This document shows positions 1 through 11,269 of a stretch of DNA of 64,000 bases, piece after piece. A model generated the notes under the pieces. That model was given only the letters and a program-made list of their open reading frames with translations, ran no database searches and was not told the origin of the DNA. The stretch is from NCBI GenBank assembly GCA_003208875.1, contig QCUR01000004.1, positions 96,001-160,000 of the forward strand, written 5' to 3'. Made by a program: the position numbers and the translations under genes. Source of the DNA: Prochlorococcus sp. AG-679-M23. GTDB lineage: Bacteria; Cyanobacteriota; Cyanobacteriia; PCC-6307; Cyanobiaceae. Each line of letters starts with the position of its first letter. The stretch's first letter is position 1.

Positions 1-11
1 TCTTTGATAAA

Positions 12-2099
12 ATGGAAACTTCAATTTTTAATTACGGAGAATTACCAGATTTTAACAAATTTTCTTCAGATAGAATTAATCAAGAATTTCCAAGCGTAAT
101 AGAAAAGATAAATCTAGATTTCAAAAAAATTGAAAAATTTTTATCTAATTACTTAGAACAAGAAAATCTAGAGTGGGACAAAGTAATTAATCCTTTAAAT
201 GAAGTAAATGAGATTCTAAGGTGGAGTTGGGGAGTTATAAGTCATCTTAATGGAGTAAAAAATTCTGAAAGCCTAAGAGAAATTTACTCAAAGTTTCTAC
301 CTGAAATTATTAATTTAAGTAATAATTTTGGACAAAGTAAAATTATTTATAATGCTCTTTTAAAGCTTAAAAAAACAAATAATTTTGATGAAATCAAAAA
401 TAGAATTCTAGATAAAGAAATTCTCGAAATGGAACATAGAGGTATTTCATTAAATAAAGACACCCAGAAAGAATTCAATGTTATTTCTGAAAAGCTTGGA
501 AAACTTTCTACAAATTTCAGCAATAATGTTTTAGATGCCACTAATTCTTGGTCATTAATCCTGAATGATAAATCTCAAATAGATGGAGTCCCAGAAAGGG
601 TTTTAGAACTAATGTCAATATCAGCTCACAAATATTTAAATAAAGAAGGAGAAGCTGATGCAAAAAATGGGCCATGGAGATTAACTTTAGATATTCCGAC
701 CTATACCGCGTTTATGACATATGCCAATGACCGTAATCTCAGGGAAAAATTATATAAAGCTTTTGTAAGCAGAGCCTCTCATGGAGAAAAAAATAACTCT
801 CAAATAATTGAAGAAATTCTATCTCTTAGGACTAAACAGGCTAAACTTCTTGGTTATGAAAGCTGGGCAGAATTAAGCCTTTCAACAAAAATGGCAAAGG
901 AAATTAATAATGTTGAAAAACTTTTAGAGGAGATTAGAAAGCCTGCCTTTAAAACAGCCAAAAATGAATTAGTTAGACTTAATAAGTTTTCAAAAGATAA
1001 TGGATTCCCTAACTCTGAAAATCTTCAATCATGGGACATTAGCTATTGGTCGGAGCTTCTGAGAAAGAAAAAACTTAATTTAGATCAAGAATCACTTAGA
1101 CCTTGGTTCCCTCTGAATGATGTTTTAAAAGGTCTTTTTAAACTTAGTGAAAAGCTCTTCGACATTAAAGTAATTGAAGCCATAAATGAAGCTCCTATAT
1201 GGAATGATGACGTTTTGTTTTTTAATATCCTAAATAAAGATGATGAAAAAATAGCTTCATTTTATCTGGACCCCTACTCTCGTCCCGAGTCAAAGAGGGG
1301 GGGTGCCTGGATGGACGAATGCCTTAACAAAAACAATATTGGTAAAATTACACTACCTGTTGCTTATTTAGTTTGTAATCAAACCCCGCCATCCAAAGAC
1401 AAACCAAGTTTGATGAGTTTTGATGAAGTTCAAACCTTGTTCCATGAATTTGGTCATGGTCTTCAACATATGCTTACCACAGTAAATCTTCCACAAGCAG
1501 CCGGTATTAATAATGTAGAATGGGATGCTGTTGAACTTCCAAGTCAATTTATGGAAAACTGGTGTTTTCACAAAAGCACTTTATTAAATATTGCGAAACA
1601 CTATAAAACAGGGGAGAAACTATCTGATGAGAATTTCGAAAAATTAGTTAAGAATAGAACTTTTAATTGCGGGATGGCTACTCTAAGACAACTACATTTT
1701 GCAATTACAGATATAAGATTGCATAGCAATATTTATAGTAATCAGGGTAAAAATGCTGATGAGATAAGAAAAGAAATTGCCAGAAATACAACGGTAATCG
1801 AACCTATTCGAGAAGATAAGTTCCTTTGTTGCTTTAGCCACATATTTGCAGGAGGTTATTCAGCTGGATATTATTCTTATAAATGGGCAGAGGTTTTAAG
1901 CGCAGATGCTTTTTCTATGTTTGAAGAGGCTGATTTAGAAAATAATCAAAATATAAAAGTCATAGGTAAAAAATTCAAGGATACTATTTTAAGTCTTGGT
2001 GGAAGTTTCTCTCCTTTAGAGGTATTTAAATTATTTAGAGGGAGAGAACCAAAAACCGAATCTTTGATAAGACACTTAGGTCTATCATCTGTTAATTAA
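12..2099 (+). CDS. prlC: Oligopeptidase A (M3 family metallopeptidase)
   Basis: 695 aa; HEFGH zinc motif, VELPSQFMENW, HIFAGGYSAGYYSYKWAE. Confidence 0.95.
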   Translation: METSIFNYGELPDFNKFSSDRINQEFPSVIEKINLDFKKIEKFLSNYLEQENLEWDKVINPLNEVNEILRWSWGVISHLNGVKNSESLREIYSKFLPEIINLSNNFGQSKIIYNALLKLKKTNNFDEIKNRILDKEILEMEHRGISLNKDTQKEFNVISEKLGKLSTNFSNNVLDATNSWSLILNDKSQIDGVPERVLELMSISAHKYLNKEGEADAKNGPWRLTLDIPTYTAFMTYANDRNLREKLYKAFVSRASHGEKNNSQIIEEILSLRTKQAKLLGYESWAELSLSTKMAKEINNVEKLLEEIRKPAFKTAKNELVRLNKFSKDNGFPNSENLQSWDISYWSELLRKKKLNLDQESLRPWFPLNDVLKGLFKLSEKLFDIKVIEAINEAPIWNDDVLFFNILNKDDEKIASFYLDPYSRPESKRGGAWMDECLNKNNIGKITLPVAYLVCNQTPPSKDKPSLMSFDEVQTLFHEFGHGLQHMLTTVNLPQAAGINNVEWDAVELPSQFMENWCFHKSTLLNIAKHYKTGEKLSDENFEKLVKNRTFNCGMATLRQLHFAITDIRLHSNIYSNQGKNADEIRKEIARNTTVIEPIREDKFLCCFSHIFAGGYSAGYYSYKWAEVLSADAFSMFEEADLENNQNIKVIGKKFKDTILSLGGSFSPLEVFKLFRGREPKTESLIRHLGLSSVN

Positions 2100-2679
2100 G
2101 AAGTCTGTCGATAATTTTATCAACAGCATCTGGATTTCTTATCAAATTTTTATGTTTATAGATCTTTAATGATATTTTCTCACCCGAATTCAAACAAGCT
2201 CTCCATCCAGGGAAAACCATAAGATCCCAATAAGTAAAAAAACTAATACAATTTATTCCATTAAGAAGATAATCGTATTTAGAAAGCTCTCTTAATAAAA
2301 GACTATTTATTTTCATCTCAGATATTCCTTTAAAGGGATATTTAGGAATTAATTGGGATGCAAGAGTTCCATTATGTGGCGACCCAATAGTTATAAATCT
2401 TCGCGTTCTTTTATAACCATTCAATTTTTTAATCCAATATCTACCAATTATTCCACCCATCGAAAATCCCAAAATATCAAGCTCTTCTTCATAACCATAT
2501 TTTTCTAAAATCAAATAATTTAATAAATTAGTTAATTCAACAATAGATGTCATTCCATATTCGTGTTTTAATGTTGGGGCAAAATATTCAATTCCAATTT
2601 CATCAAGTTTAGAAGTTATAGAAGAGAAAATATCTGCTGTATTCCAGAGTCCATGAATTAATATTATGGGATTTCTCAT
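2092..2679 (-). CDS. Small alpha/beta-hydrolase (lipase/esterase)
   Basis: IHGLWN oxyanion motif, GFSMGG nucleophile elbow, GSPHNGT. Confidence 0.85.
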   Translation of the reverse strand: MRNPIILIHGLWNTADIFSSITSKLDEIGIEYFAPTLKHEYGMTSIVELTNLLNYLILEKYGYEEELDILGFSMGGIIGRYWIKKLNGYKRTRRFITIGSPHNGTLASQLIPKYPFKGISEMKINSLLLRELSKYDYLLNGINCISFFTYWDLMVFPGWRACLNSGEKISLKIYKHKNLIRNPDAVDKIIDRLLN

Positions 2680-2690
2680 TGAAAATACCG

Positions 2691-3053
2691 TTAATTATTT
2701 TCAAAAACTCTTACTATTGAAACCTCTCCATCAAAACCAGTAATTGGAGGTTTACATTTCGTTAATATAATTTTAATTCTGCTAAGTTGAAACTCTTCAA
2801 CAATAATTTTTAAAATTTCATTTGAATATTTCTCAATAGTTAAGCAACGTATTTTCTTAGATTGATATTTTAATATTTCAACTAATTTCGAATAATCAAC
2901 TGTACTTTTAATATCATCATTTTGAGTACAATTTTCAAAATCAGCCCATAAAAAAACATCTAAACTAAAAAGTTGGCCTAGGTCTCTTTCTTTTTCTAGA
3001 ACACCAACTCTTGCCCAAAGTTTAATATCCTTAATTTTTAGATATGTTTCCAT
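2691..3053 (-). CDS. folB: Dihydroneopterin aldolase
   Basis: 120 aa; GVLEKER..GQ, DDIKSTVDYS, LTIE, C-terminal K.KPPI. Confidence 0.9.
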   Translation of the reverse strand: METYLKIKDIKLWARVGVLEKERDLGQLFSLDVFLWADFENCTQNDDIKSTVDYSKLVEILKYQSKKIRCLTIEKYSNEILKIIVEEFQLSRIKIILTKCKPPITGFDGEVSIVRVFENN

Positions 3054-3062
3054 TTCTAAGAT

Positions 3063-4373
3063 TTAAAAATCTTTATGTGAATAGATTAATTTACCAGATG
3101 AAAAATCATCAACAACGTGGCCTTCGCCTCTTAAAAAATACTTGTAAGTTACTAGCCCCTCCAGTCCTACTGGGCCTCTTGGGGGCAATGTCTGTGTAGA
3201 TATTCCAACTTCTGCTCCAAAGCCATATCTGAAACCATCTGCGAATCTTGTTGAGCAATTATGAAAAACGCCTGAACTATCTATCTCGCTCATAAATTTA
3301 TTAGCATTACTGATATTTTCCGTAATTATTCCATCTGTATGTTTTGAACTAAATTTTTGTATATGAGCAATTGCTTCTTCTAAATCATTCACAATTTTTA
3401 TAGAAAGAATAAGATCTAAATATTCAGTTTGCCAGTCCTCATAATTAGCTTCAAAAGCAACACCCAATTGAAAAGATTTTTTATCTCCAATCAATTTAAC
3501 ATCGTTAGAGTTAAACATTGGAATCGCCTTATTCAAAAATTCAGAGGCAGTATCTTTATGTATTAAAAGAGTCTCAACAGCATTACACGCGGCTGGATAT
3601 TGGATCTTACTATCTAAAACCACTTTTAAAGCTATATCGAGATTTACTTCATTATCTACGTATAAATGACAAATTCCATCAGCATGACCTAACACAGGAA
3701 TTTCTGTATTCTCCTGTATAAATTTTACGAGTTCATTGCTTCCTCTTGGAATTATTAAATTTATATATTTTTCTAAATTCAACATTGCCATACTATCTTT
3801 TCTACTTGTGAGAAGACAGATTGCATTTTCATCAAGATTTGAATCTTGCAAACCCTCCTTAAGTGCAGAAACTATTGCAAGATTAGTTAAATTTGCTTCA
3901 CTTCCCCCTTTTAGCATTACTCCATTACCAGATCTAATGGCCAGAGAACTTATTTGCATAACAGCATCGGGTCTTGATTCAAAAATAACTCCTAATACTC
4001 CTATGGGTACTGTTTTTCTTTCAAGGATTAAACCTTTAGAAAGTTCCCTTTTTATTTGAATTTGACCAACTGGATCAATTAAATTCCCAACTTGTCTTAC
4101 CCCTTCAATTCCTAAATTAAGTTTTTCTTTTGATAGCTTTAATCTAGAAAGTAAGGACTTTGAAATTCCTTTGATTTCTGCTTTTTTATAATCTTCAATA
4201 TTAGCCTCAATTATTTCTTTAGAGTTTTTTTCTAAATAATCAGCCATTAAGTTCAAGGCTCTGATTCTATCATCATTATTTGTTTGACTTGTTTTAATTG
4301 AAGCCAGACGGAGTTGCTTTGCTTTTTCTAAAAGTTCATTATCAGGAGTTGGTACTTCAAATATATCCGTCAT
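3063..4373 (-). CDS. proA: Gamma-glutamyl phosphate reductase
   Basis: VPIGVLGVIFESRP, CNAVETLL, STRFADGFRYGFGAEVGIST, RGPVGL. Confidence 0.97.
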   Translation of the reverse strand: MTDIFEVPTPDNELLEKAKQLRLASIKTSQTNNDDRIRALNLMADYLEKNSKEIIEANIEDYKKAEIKGISKSLLSRLKLSKEKLNLGIEGVRQVGNLIDPVGQIQIKRELSKGLILERKTVPIGVLGVIFESRPDAVMQISSLAIRSGNGVMLKGGSEANLTNLAIVSALKEGLQDSNLDENAICLLTSRKDSMAMLNLEKYINLIIPRGSNELVKFIQENTEIPVLGHADGICHLYVDNEVNLDIALKVVLDSKIQYPAACNAVETLLIHKDTASEFLNKAIPMFNSNDVKLIGDKKSFQLGVAFEANYEDWQTEYLDLILSIKIVNDLEEAIAHIQKFSSKHTDGIITENISNANKFMSEIDSSGVFHNCSTRFADGFRYGFGAEVGISTQTLPPRGPVGLEGLVTYKYFLRGEGHVVDDFSSGKLIYSHKDF

Positions 4374-4437
4374 AATTTAATTTAATTAACCTAATAATAA
4401 TTCAAAATAAGCATTCTTAAAACTTTTATTTTAGGAA

Positions 4438-7400
4438 TTAATATCTGAAAAATAATTGAACTTGACTTTTCCACTCTCCCTCAGAATCTATAGAACCTAA
4501 TAATTCCAAGTTTGGATTAGCTTGCAAAGTAAGTATTCCTAAAGGTGGTAAATCATCTCTATCTGGAGTAGCTTGAATAGCAAAGTTAACTCTATCAGTA
4601 ATATCAAGACCTATTTCGGCAATCCAAGCTTGACTAGACAAGCCAACATTTGAAGATGATTCATCAGTATCATCTACATCAAGGTTTTCATTAGAAAAAA
4701 CATTATTAATTGGTTCATTATTTTCTATTAGGGCAGGATATAAAGACAATTGAAATTTCTCATTAAATGCATTTGCCGTGTTTAGTTGAGAAATAAATGC
4801 TCTATTTATTAAATTTGCCGAGTTTCCTCCAATTAAACCAATAATTTGAGATCTGTTATAACTTGGAGTACTTCTTAATTGTATTTTTCTATTTTCATCC
4901 TCAAATGATAATTGATCTAAAAATCCTTCATATGATGCTTCAATTTTTATAAGTCTTGTATTACCGATTCCAACCGCTCCAAAACCACTTGAACTAACAT
5001 TCGCATCTAGACCACTTGAAATATTAAGATCTTGATTATTTTCACTAATTGGTATTATTGAATCTGGAACTTTACTAGTTAGTGAAAAGTTAATAAAAGG
5101 AACAATGCCACTTCTAGAGGCAAATAAAATATAATTTTCTTTATTTTTATCTAATTTGAATGGTGTTGTATATAAATTTGCTGTACCTTTACTTAAATTA
5201 ATAAGTCCTCTAGCATTTAAATCTTCTCCAACCCGTCCATTAAAATTTAAATCTAACTTGGTATCTAAATTAGCCTTAACTATACCTGCATATTGAATTC
5301 TAAAATCTGGCCCAAGTTTTAATTTAAGATTCTTAAAACTTAAATTTTCAAGATAATTTGGGAAATTTTTCCCTAAAAGAAAAGAATTTAATATAGTTTC
5401 ATTAGAAATTATTTCAATATTTTTATCTTTTTCCCAAGATAGCTCTGGCCAATTTCTTTCATAATTTCTTTCTTTAAAATTATTTTTTTTATTATTTTTT
5501 TTATCAGCATTATTTAAATTAATAAACCCATTATTTAATGCTAAATTTCCACTAAATATTGGTTCTTTGAATGAACCACTAATATTAATTTTAGAATCAG
5601 TTAGGAATTTTATATTATTAGATTTAATATTAAAATTATTAGTTAATAAGCTAATATCTTTTTTATCCAAACTCTTTTTACTATAAAAAGGTAAAACCCC
5701 CTTAATAAAAATATTTCCAGAAGCATCATCAGAAGCTTTAAAGTTTTTGATTTCTATTTGATCAAAATCAAATATTATAGTGCTATTAATATTTTTAATT
5801 ACATTACTATAGATATCAATTTCAGAATCCTTGATAAAAACAAAACCATTAGCAATAGGTTTATTAACAGTTCCTTTTATTATCATTCTGAGAGTTATAT
5901 CACCTTTCTTAAAAGTGAAATAATCATCGGTAAAGATATCTACTAATTCAATAAACTTTCCATTACCATTTAATCTCAAATCTAATTTATCCTTTTTGTT
6001 CAAAGGAATAGAACCTGAAATATTTATTGGAATATTTGAATTATTCAATAAAAAAGATAAATCTAAATCAAAAATCGAATCACCATAGAGAACTTCTCCA
6101 ATATCTAATGTGATAGGGTTATTATTAATTGATGTATTATTCGAAGAAATATTAGTCGCAAAGAATTTTTTATCTAGATTATAAATTAAATTAATATCCA
6201 AATTTCCTTTAAAGTCTCTAGGTTTATCTAAAAATATATTTATAGTTTTTAAAGGTAATTTATTAATATTCAAAAAACCTTTTCCTGTAAAAATTCCTCC
6301 TTCTAAATCTAGAGAAAACTTTTCTTTAGAACTTTTTTTACTTTCGCTTTCAATATTAAGATATCCATTTAATTTAGTTTTTAATATAAGATTAGATTTA
6401 TTATTTCCTTTTATAGATATATTTGCATCATATCTACTTTGAAATTTATCTAAATATCTTTTTAAATTAAATTTATCTTCCAAAATATTGTCATTATTTA
6501 AAAAATTATTTATTAAAAGTTTTTTTTCGGAAAATGAGCTTTCAATATTATCAATTTCGATATCATCCAAGGCTCTAGAATTACTATTAGGAAGAATTTT
6601 TTTATTATCAAAATTTAAAATATCGACTGCTGTTTGTAATGTCCAACCAGTACTAATATTATTAAAATTTATATTTAAATTATCATCTTTATTAGAATCA
6701 TATTCAAGGTCAATCATACCTCCATCAATTGGATATAGTGATGAATTAACCAAAAATGATTTATTATCAAGAGCAAAATCAAATAATGAATTAGCAAACT
6801 TTATATTCCTATATTTGCCCAAACTCCAAGCTAAACGACCATCAAAATAAGTTTGATCTTTAGATATAAAACCAGAACCATTAACGATTCCACTAATTCT
6901 ATCGAATTCATTATTACCAATAGCCAATTCAAGCTCATCTAAGGGAAAATTATTTGCATTCCAACGATACTTATCATCATCTTTAACTAAATTTATACTA
7001 CCTTTATTAGAATTAAATATTCTGCTAAAAGTTATATTCTCTAACTTAATCTTTGAATCAAGATTAAAGGTAAGAAAAGAAGGCACGGGGGAATATCTAT
7101 TCTTCATATTTACTACATATTTATTATTTTGATTTTTAATCTCACCCTCCCATATTTCTCTTATTCTTATCCCTTTGTAATGAGGATAATCAACATTGAA
7201 ATTGATTTTAATATCAGGTTTATTTATCTCACCTTTTAATTCTCCTTTTGCAGTAATAAAACCTCTTATCTTATCTTTACGAAAAATATTTAAATTAGAT
7301 AATTGGGTTCTATTAAGAATAAAACTTGAATTAATTTTTCCAAAATTTATGCCCCTTTTATCAAACCAATAGGGTACATTTCCTGATAGTTGTATTTCAG

Positions 7401-8385
7401 GATTTAAACTATCTAAATATCCAACATTACCTTTTAAATTTATATTATTAATATTTTTATTTAAAGGAACATTAAGATTAAAATCAGAGATTAAAGTACC
7501 ATAATTAAGATTCTTTGTATCCACGATAATATTATTACCTTGGCATAAAAACCTTATAGAATCACTTTTTATATCCTCTACTAAATTATTAGTTTTCAAC
7601 CTTAAGTTATTAAAAGAGAGATTGCCTTTGCAAAACGTTTTTTGGGAAGATTTATAAAATTTAAAATTAGATTTAATTTTCCCTCCTCTTATAGCAAATT
7701 TCCTATCACCAAAACTATACTTAGATCCCTTTAGGTTTATCCCACGAGATAATATCTCGAGATTCAAAAAGTCTTTATTTAATTTAGTATTTAATTTTAA
7801 ATTTAAATTACCTTTACCCTTAGTATATGTCTGAAAATTACCAAATAACTGTTTAGATTTTGATTTGTATCTTAATTTTCCTTTTACTTTAGTCTCTATT
7901 CCAATATCCTTTAATTTGAAATTTGCAGATTCATTTAAATTAATATTTAGATCATAGTTTACTTTACTTTTTATAAATTTTTTTTCATTATCATCAGATT
8001 TTCCTCTTTTGAAAAAATCTTTATTTATTTCAATTTTAGTTTTTTTTGGTTTTATATTAAAAATCCATCTTTGATTCAAAAATGATCTAATTGGCATTAT
8101 GCCTACGTAGATATTATTAGCTAAGATTTCAGAGCTAGAATTATTTTTATCAATAATTTTTAGATTATTTAAAGATATCCCAAGAAATCTGATCCCAGAA
8201 TAATCCCCCATATCTACTTCTTTATTTAAAAAATTTTCTATCCTATTTTCAAGTATGGGTTTTCTATTAGTATAGAAATCTTCAAGAAATTTATTTAATA
8301 CAAAAGTTCCTATAAAGCTAATTGACAAAGCAGTCCCTAAGAAAAAAAGCTTTTTATTAAAATTTAGAGATCTAATTTTTTTCAA
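4438..8385 (-). CDS. TamB/DUF490-like translocation and assembly module protein
   Basis: 1315 aa; N-terminal membrane anchor, beta-rich repeats, C-terminal L.STPSYNRSQIIGLIGG and terminal FFRY; start codon uncertain. Confidence 0.75.
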   Translation of the reverse strand: MKKIRSLNFNKKLFFLGTALSISFIGTFVLNKFLEDFYTNRKPILENRIENFLNKEVDMGDYSGIRFLGISLNNLKIIDKNNSSSEILANNIYVGIMPIRSFLNQRWIFNIKPKKTKIEINKDFFKRGKSDDNEKKFIKSKVNYDLNINLNESANFKLKDIGIETKVKGKLRYKSKSKQLFGNFQTYTKGKGNLNLKLNTKLNKDFLNLEILSRGINLKGSKYSFGDRKFAIRGGKIKSNFKFYKSSQKTFCKGNLSFNNLRLKTNNLVEDIKSDSIRFLCQGNNIIVDTKNLNYGTLISDFNLNVPLNKNINNINLKGNVGYLDSLNPEIQLSGNVPYWFDKRGINFGKINSSFILNRTQLSNLNIFRKDKIRGFITAKGELKGEINKPDIKINFNVDYPHYKGIRIREIWEGEIKNQNNKYVVNMKNRYSPVPSFLTFNLDSKIKLENITFSRIFNSNKGSINLVKDDDKYRWNANNFPLDELELAIGNNEFDRISGIVNGSGFISKDQTYFDGRLAWSLGKYRNIKFANSLFDFALDNKSFLVNSSLYPIDGGMIDLEYDSNKDDNLNINFNNISTGWTLQTAVDILNFDNKKILPNSNSRALDDIEIDNIESSFSEKKLLINNFLNNDNILEDKFNLKRYLDKFQSRYDANISIKGNNKSNLILKTKLNGYLNIESESKKSSKEKFSLDLEGGIFTGKGFLNINKLPLKTINIFLDKPRDFKGNLDINLIYNLDKKFFATNISSNNTSINNNPITLDIGEVLYGDSIFDLDLSFLLNNSNIPINISGSIPLNKKDKLDLRLNGNGKFIELVDIFTDDYFTFKKGDITLRMIIKGTVNKPIANGFVFIKDSEIDIYSNVIKNINSTIIFDFDQIEIKNFKASDDASGNIFIKGVLPFYSKKSLDKKDISLLTNNFNIKSNNIKFLTDSKINISGSFKEPIFSGNLALNNGFINLNNADKKNNKKNNFKERNYERNWPELSWEKDKNIEIISNETILNSFLLGKNFPNYLENLSFKNLKLKLGPDFRIQYAGIVKANLDTKLDLNFNGRVGEDLNARGLINLSKGTANLYTTPFKLDKNKENYILFASRSGIVPFINFSLTSKVPDSIIPISENNQDLNISSGLDANVSSSGFGAVGIGNTRLIKIEASYEGFLDQLSFEDENRKIQLRSTPSYNRSQIIGLIGGNSANLINRAFISQLNTANAFNEKFQLSLYPALIENNEPINNVFSNENLDVDDTDESSSNVGLSSQAWIAEIGLDITDRVNFAIQATPDRDDLPPLGILTLQANPNLELLGSIDSEGEWKSQVQLFFRY

Positions 8386-8449
8386 GTTAGAATCCCAAAA
8401 TAGAGTAGGCTTACAAAATATAAGAAATTAATCAGTTTAAAGCCACTAA

Positions 8450-8893
8450 ATGTCTTTTTTTGAACTATTAGCAAATACACCTAAAATATTTGGATTTTTA
8501 GGAATATTTCTTTTTCTAGTTACTTTGATTGCATTTATTTTTAACTTTGGTTTTAAATTTAGAATTACAGGTGCGACAATATTTTCATTATTACTTTCTT
8601 TAAGCAGTTGGGCATTTATACAAAGTTATACAGATAATATAAAAATAGATGGAGCAAAATATGTTCCAATTGTTTACGATAATGGATTTGATTTAATTGT
8701 TACAAAAGCTGATAGTGAATTTCCAGAGAAAGCAATTGACCCTACTTTAAAACAATTATCTGAAAATCTTAAAAAAGGTAGTAGATCAGGATCAAAAGTA
8801 AAAATTAAAATCAGGAAACTTGAGAAGATATCCAATGACGTTAGTAAGCCAGTAATTATTGGAGAAATAGAAAAAAGCTTTAATATGAATTAG
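8450..8893 (+). CDS. ycf51: Ycf51/DUF2518 family membrane protein
   Basis: Two N-terminal TM segments with FRITG, IDGAKYVPIVYDNG. Confidence 0.8.
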   Translation: MSFFELLANTPKIFGFLGIFLFLVTLIAFIFNFGFKFRITGATIFSLLLSLSSWAFIQSYTDNIKIDGAKYVPIVYDNGFDLIVTKADSEFPEKAIDPTLKQLSENLKKGSRSGSKVKIKIRKLEKISNDVSKPVIIGEIEKSFNMN

Positions 8894-8901
8894 ATGAATA
8901 A

Positions 8902-9309
8902 ATGATAGAAAAAAATTTTTTAGAAATTTTACCTGAGAATTTTAGACATGAAAAATCTTTTTTAATTAAAGAGAAATTAGACGATTTTACAAGATTAAGT
9001 CAACTTAGTGATTCTGAATTAAATATCATTCAAAAATCTCATTCATTATGTACATTAAATAATTTAAGGAAAATCAGAGCTATTGCTAATTTTAAAAATG
9101 AGCTTTCAATAACTCCATATGAATCTTATTTACTATTACATTGTGGGATAGGGTCTATTAAATCTCTTTCAGTTTTAAACCCATATGATCTCAAAGAGAG
9201 AATTGGAAGATTGGAGAGAAGTCTAAGAACTAAAACTCAAACAAATATAACTTTATCCACTTTAAAAGATTGGATAAAGAGGGCTAATAAAATCTGTAAT
9301 TCTATTTAA
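8902..9309 (+). CDS. DUF4332-like conserved protein
   Basis: LLLHCGIGSIKSL and C-terminal WIKRA pattern. Confidence 0.65.
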   Translation: MIEKNFLEILPENFRHEKSFLIKEKLDDFTRLSQLSDSELNIIQKSHSLCTLNNLRKIRAIANFKNELSITPYESYLLLHCGIGSIKSLSVLNPYDLKERIGRLERSLRTKTQTNITLSTLKDWIKRANKICNSI

Positions 9310-9362
9310 TATCTTGGTTAAAAGATTTTTTTAATGTAGAATTTAGAAAAGATTTTAAATAA

Positions 9363-9629
9363 ATGAATAACTTTTTTTTATTATTATTTTTATCTTTAAC
9401 ATATATAAATCCTGTTTTAAGTCAATCAACTCTTTTGGAAAGCGTCAAAAAGAATCCTAATGATGCAATTAAGATGTGTAATAAATTTAAAGAATTAAAC
9501 TCAAAAGGCATCTCTGCAAGTTCAGATAAAGCTATAGAGTTTGTCTCAAAAAAAAATAATTTGAATCCAATTAATGCTGAGATTCTATCTATTTATGTAA
9601 TTGGTCTTCATTGTCCTCAGGTTACATAA
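9363..9629 (+). CDS. Conserved picocyanobacterial secreted hypothetical protein
   Basis: Signal peptide; two Cys; AEILSIYVIGLHCP ending. Confidence 0.7.
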   Translation: MNNFFLLLFLSLTYINPVLSQSTLLESVKKNPNDAIKMCNKFKELNSKGISASSDKAIEFVSKKNNLNPINAEILSIYVIGLHCPQVT

Positions 9630-9637
9630 ACACTTAA

Positions 9638-11215
9638 ATGCGGGAAGTAAAATGGGTTGACAAGTCTTTAAAATTAAATGACGGAGTTGAACTAGTATCA
9701 AGAATCTGGACACCTAAAGATAAAGGTTCTTGGCCCGCGTTATTAATGAGACAGCCATATGGAAGAGAAATTGCTTCGACAATTACTTATTCTCATCCTG
9801 AATGGTGGGCTTCAAAGGGATACATAGTAGTGGTGCAAGATGTTAGAGGTCAGGGATCATCTGGTGGGGTATTCAAAGGTTTTTCTCAAGAACCTAGTGA
9901 TACATCAGAAACGCATCAATGGGTTAGATCTCTAAAAGAATGCAATGGGAAACTTGGCTTATATGGTTTTTCATATCAAGGATTAACTCAACTTACAGGA
10001 ACAAAAGATTCAAAGCCTCCTGATTGCTTATCGCCCGCAATGACGGGGGTAGATTTTAAAAACCATTGGAGTTCAGATGGGGGGGCTTTTTGGTGGAATA
10101 ATAATATAGCTTGGGGATTACAAATAGCTGCGTTAAAGATGAAAAGAGAGAATAATTCTTTAGGATGGGAAGAAATAATATCAGCCTTAGAAAATAAAAG
10201 TTATTTAAGAAAAGGATTAGATCTTTTAAAAAGATATGATCCGAATAACTTCGTACTTGAATGGCTTAACAATCTAAATCAAAATAAAGATTTTCTAGAG
10301 ATAAAACTAATTTCATCATGGTTAAAAAAACCAATGTTAATTATTGGTGGTCTTTGGGATCCTCATCTAGGAGGAGCATTTGACCTTTATCAAAAATCAA
10401 AAGCAGCAGGTGGAAATCCTGACATAATTATTGGAGATTCTACTCATCTGAATTGGTGGGAGGGATCACAAAAAACATTGTTAGATTTTTTTGATACCCA
10501 CCTCAAAACAGATAAAAAAATTAATAAAACAAGTTCTCTTAAACATAAAAAAATTTGGAATCTTTCATTAAAAAAATGGGATTTAATCAAACAGGACGAG
10601 ATTCATTATTACAAGTTTGGTCTTGAAAGTAATGGAACAGCAAATGTCGAAATAATTGAGGGTAGTCTTCTCTTTAATTCAATTGGATCGGGCTGGTTTT
10701 CAATTGTTCATGATCCGTGGAGACCATGTCAAGGAGACGGAGGACACTTAGGACCAAATCCTGGTTTTTTTAATAGATATATTTTTGACAAAAGATTAGA
10801 TGTGGGTGTTTTTCAAACCAATTCCTTCGAGAAAGATCTTCAACTTTCAGGAATACCTGTACTTGAAACCTCTGTAAAGAGTGATAAGAAAAGCTTTGAT
10901 ATATGTCTTGCTTTGTCTCTAGTTAATGAACATGATAAAAATGTTAATCAATTTTCAACTGGATTTTTAAGAGTTAAAAACTCACAAAGAGACGAAAAAT
11001 GTGATTGTAAAATCTCCATGCATCCTACTAACATTACGATCTTAAAAGGTACAAAACTAAGGTTATCTATATCAACTGCTGCATATCCATCTATTGGCGT
11101 TAATTCAGGATTAGGTGACGATCTGCTTGGTGCTCCAACTATTAATCACAAAATAATAACTTTAAGTTTTGAACTTAATAAAACATTTTTGAGAATGACT
11201 CCATTTTTCAATTAA
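9638..11215 (+). CDS. CocE/NonD family acyl esterase
   Basis: RQPYGR, QDVRGQGSSGG, GFSYQG nucleophile. Confidence 0.9.
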   Translation: MREVKWVDKSLKLNDGVELVSRIWTPKDKGSWPALLMRQPYGREIASTITYSHPEWWASKGYIVVVQDVRGQGSSGGVFKGFSQEPSDTSETHQWVRSLKECNGKLGLYGFSYQGLTQLTGTKDSKPPDCLSPAMTGVDFKNHWSSDGGAFWWNNNIAWGLQIAALKMKRENNSLGWEEIISALENKSYLRKGLDLLKRYDPNNFVLEWLNNLNQNKDFLEIKLISSWLKKPMLIIGGLWDPHLGGAFDLYQKSKAAGGNPDIIIGDSTHLNWWEGSQKTLLDFFDTHLKTDKKINKTSSLKHKKIWNLSLKKWDLIKQDEIHYYKFGLESNGTANVEIIEGSLLFNSIGSGWFSIVHDPWRPCQGDGGHLGPNPGFFNRYIFDKRLDVGVFQTNSFEKDLQLSGIPVLETSVKSDKKSFDICLALSLVNEHDKNVNQFSTGFLRVKNSQRDEKCDCKISMHPTNITILKGTKLRLSISTAAYPSIGVNSGLGDDLLGAPTINHKIITLSFELNKTFLRMTPFFN

Positions 11216-11269
11216 TTTTTTTTATTTGGTTGATAATTTGATAAACTAATTTCTTAACAGCTACCAGTC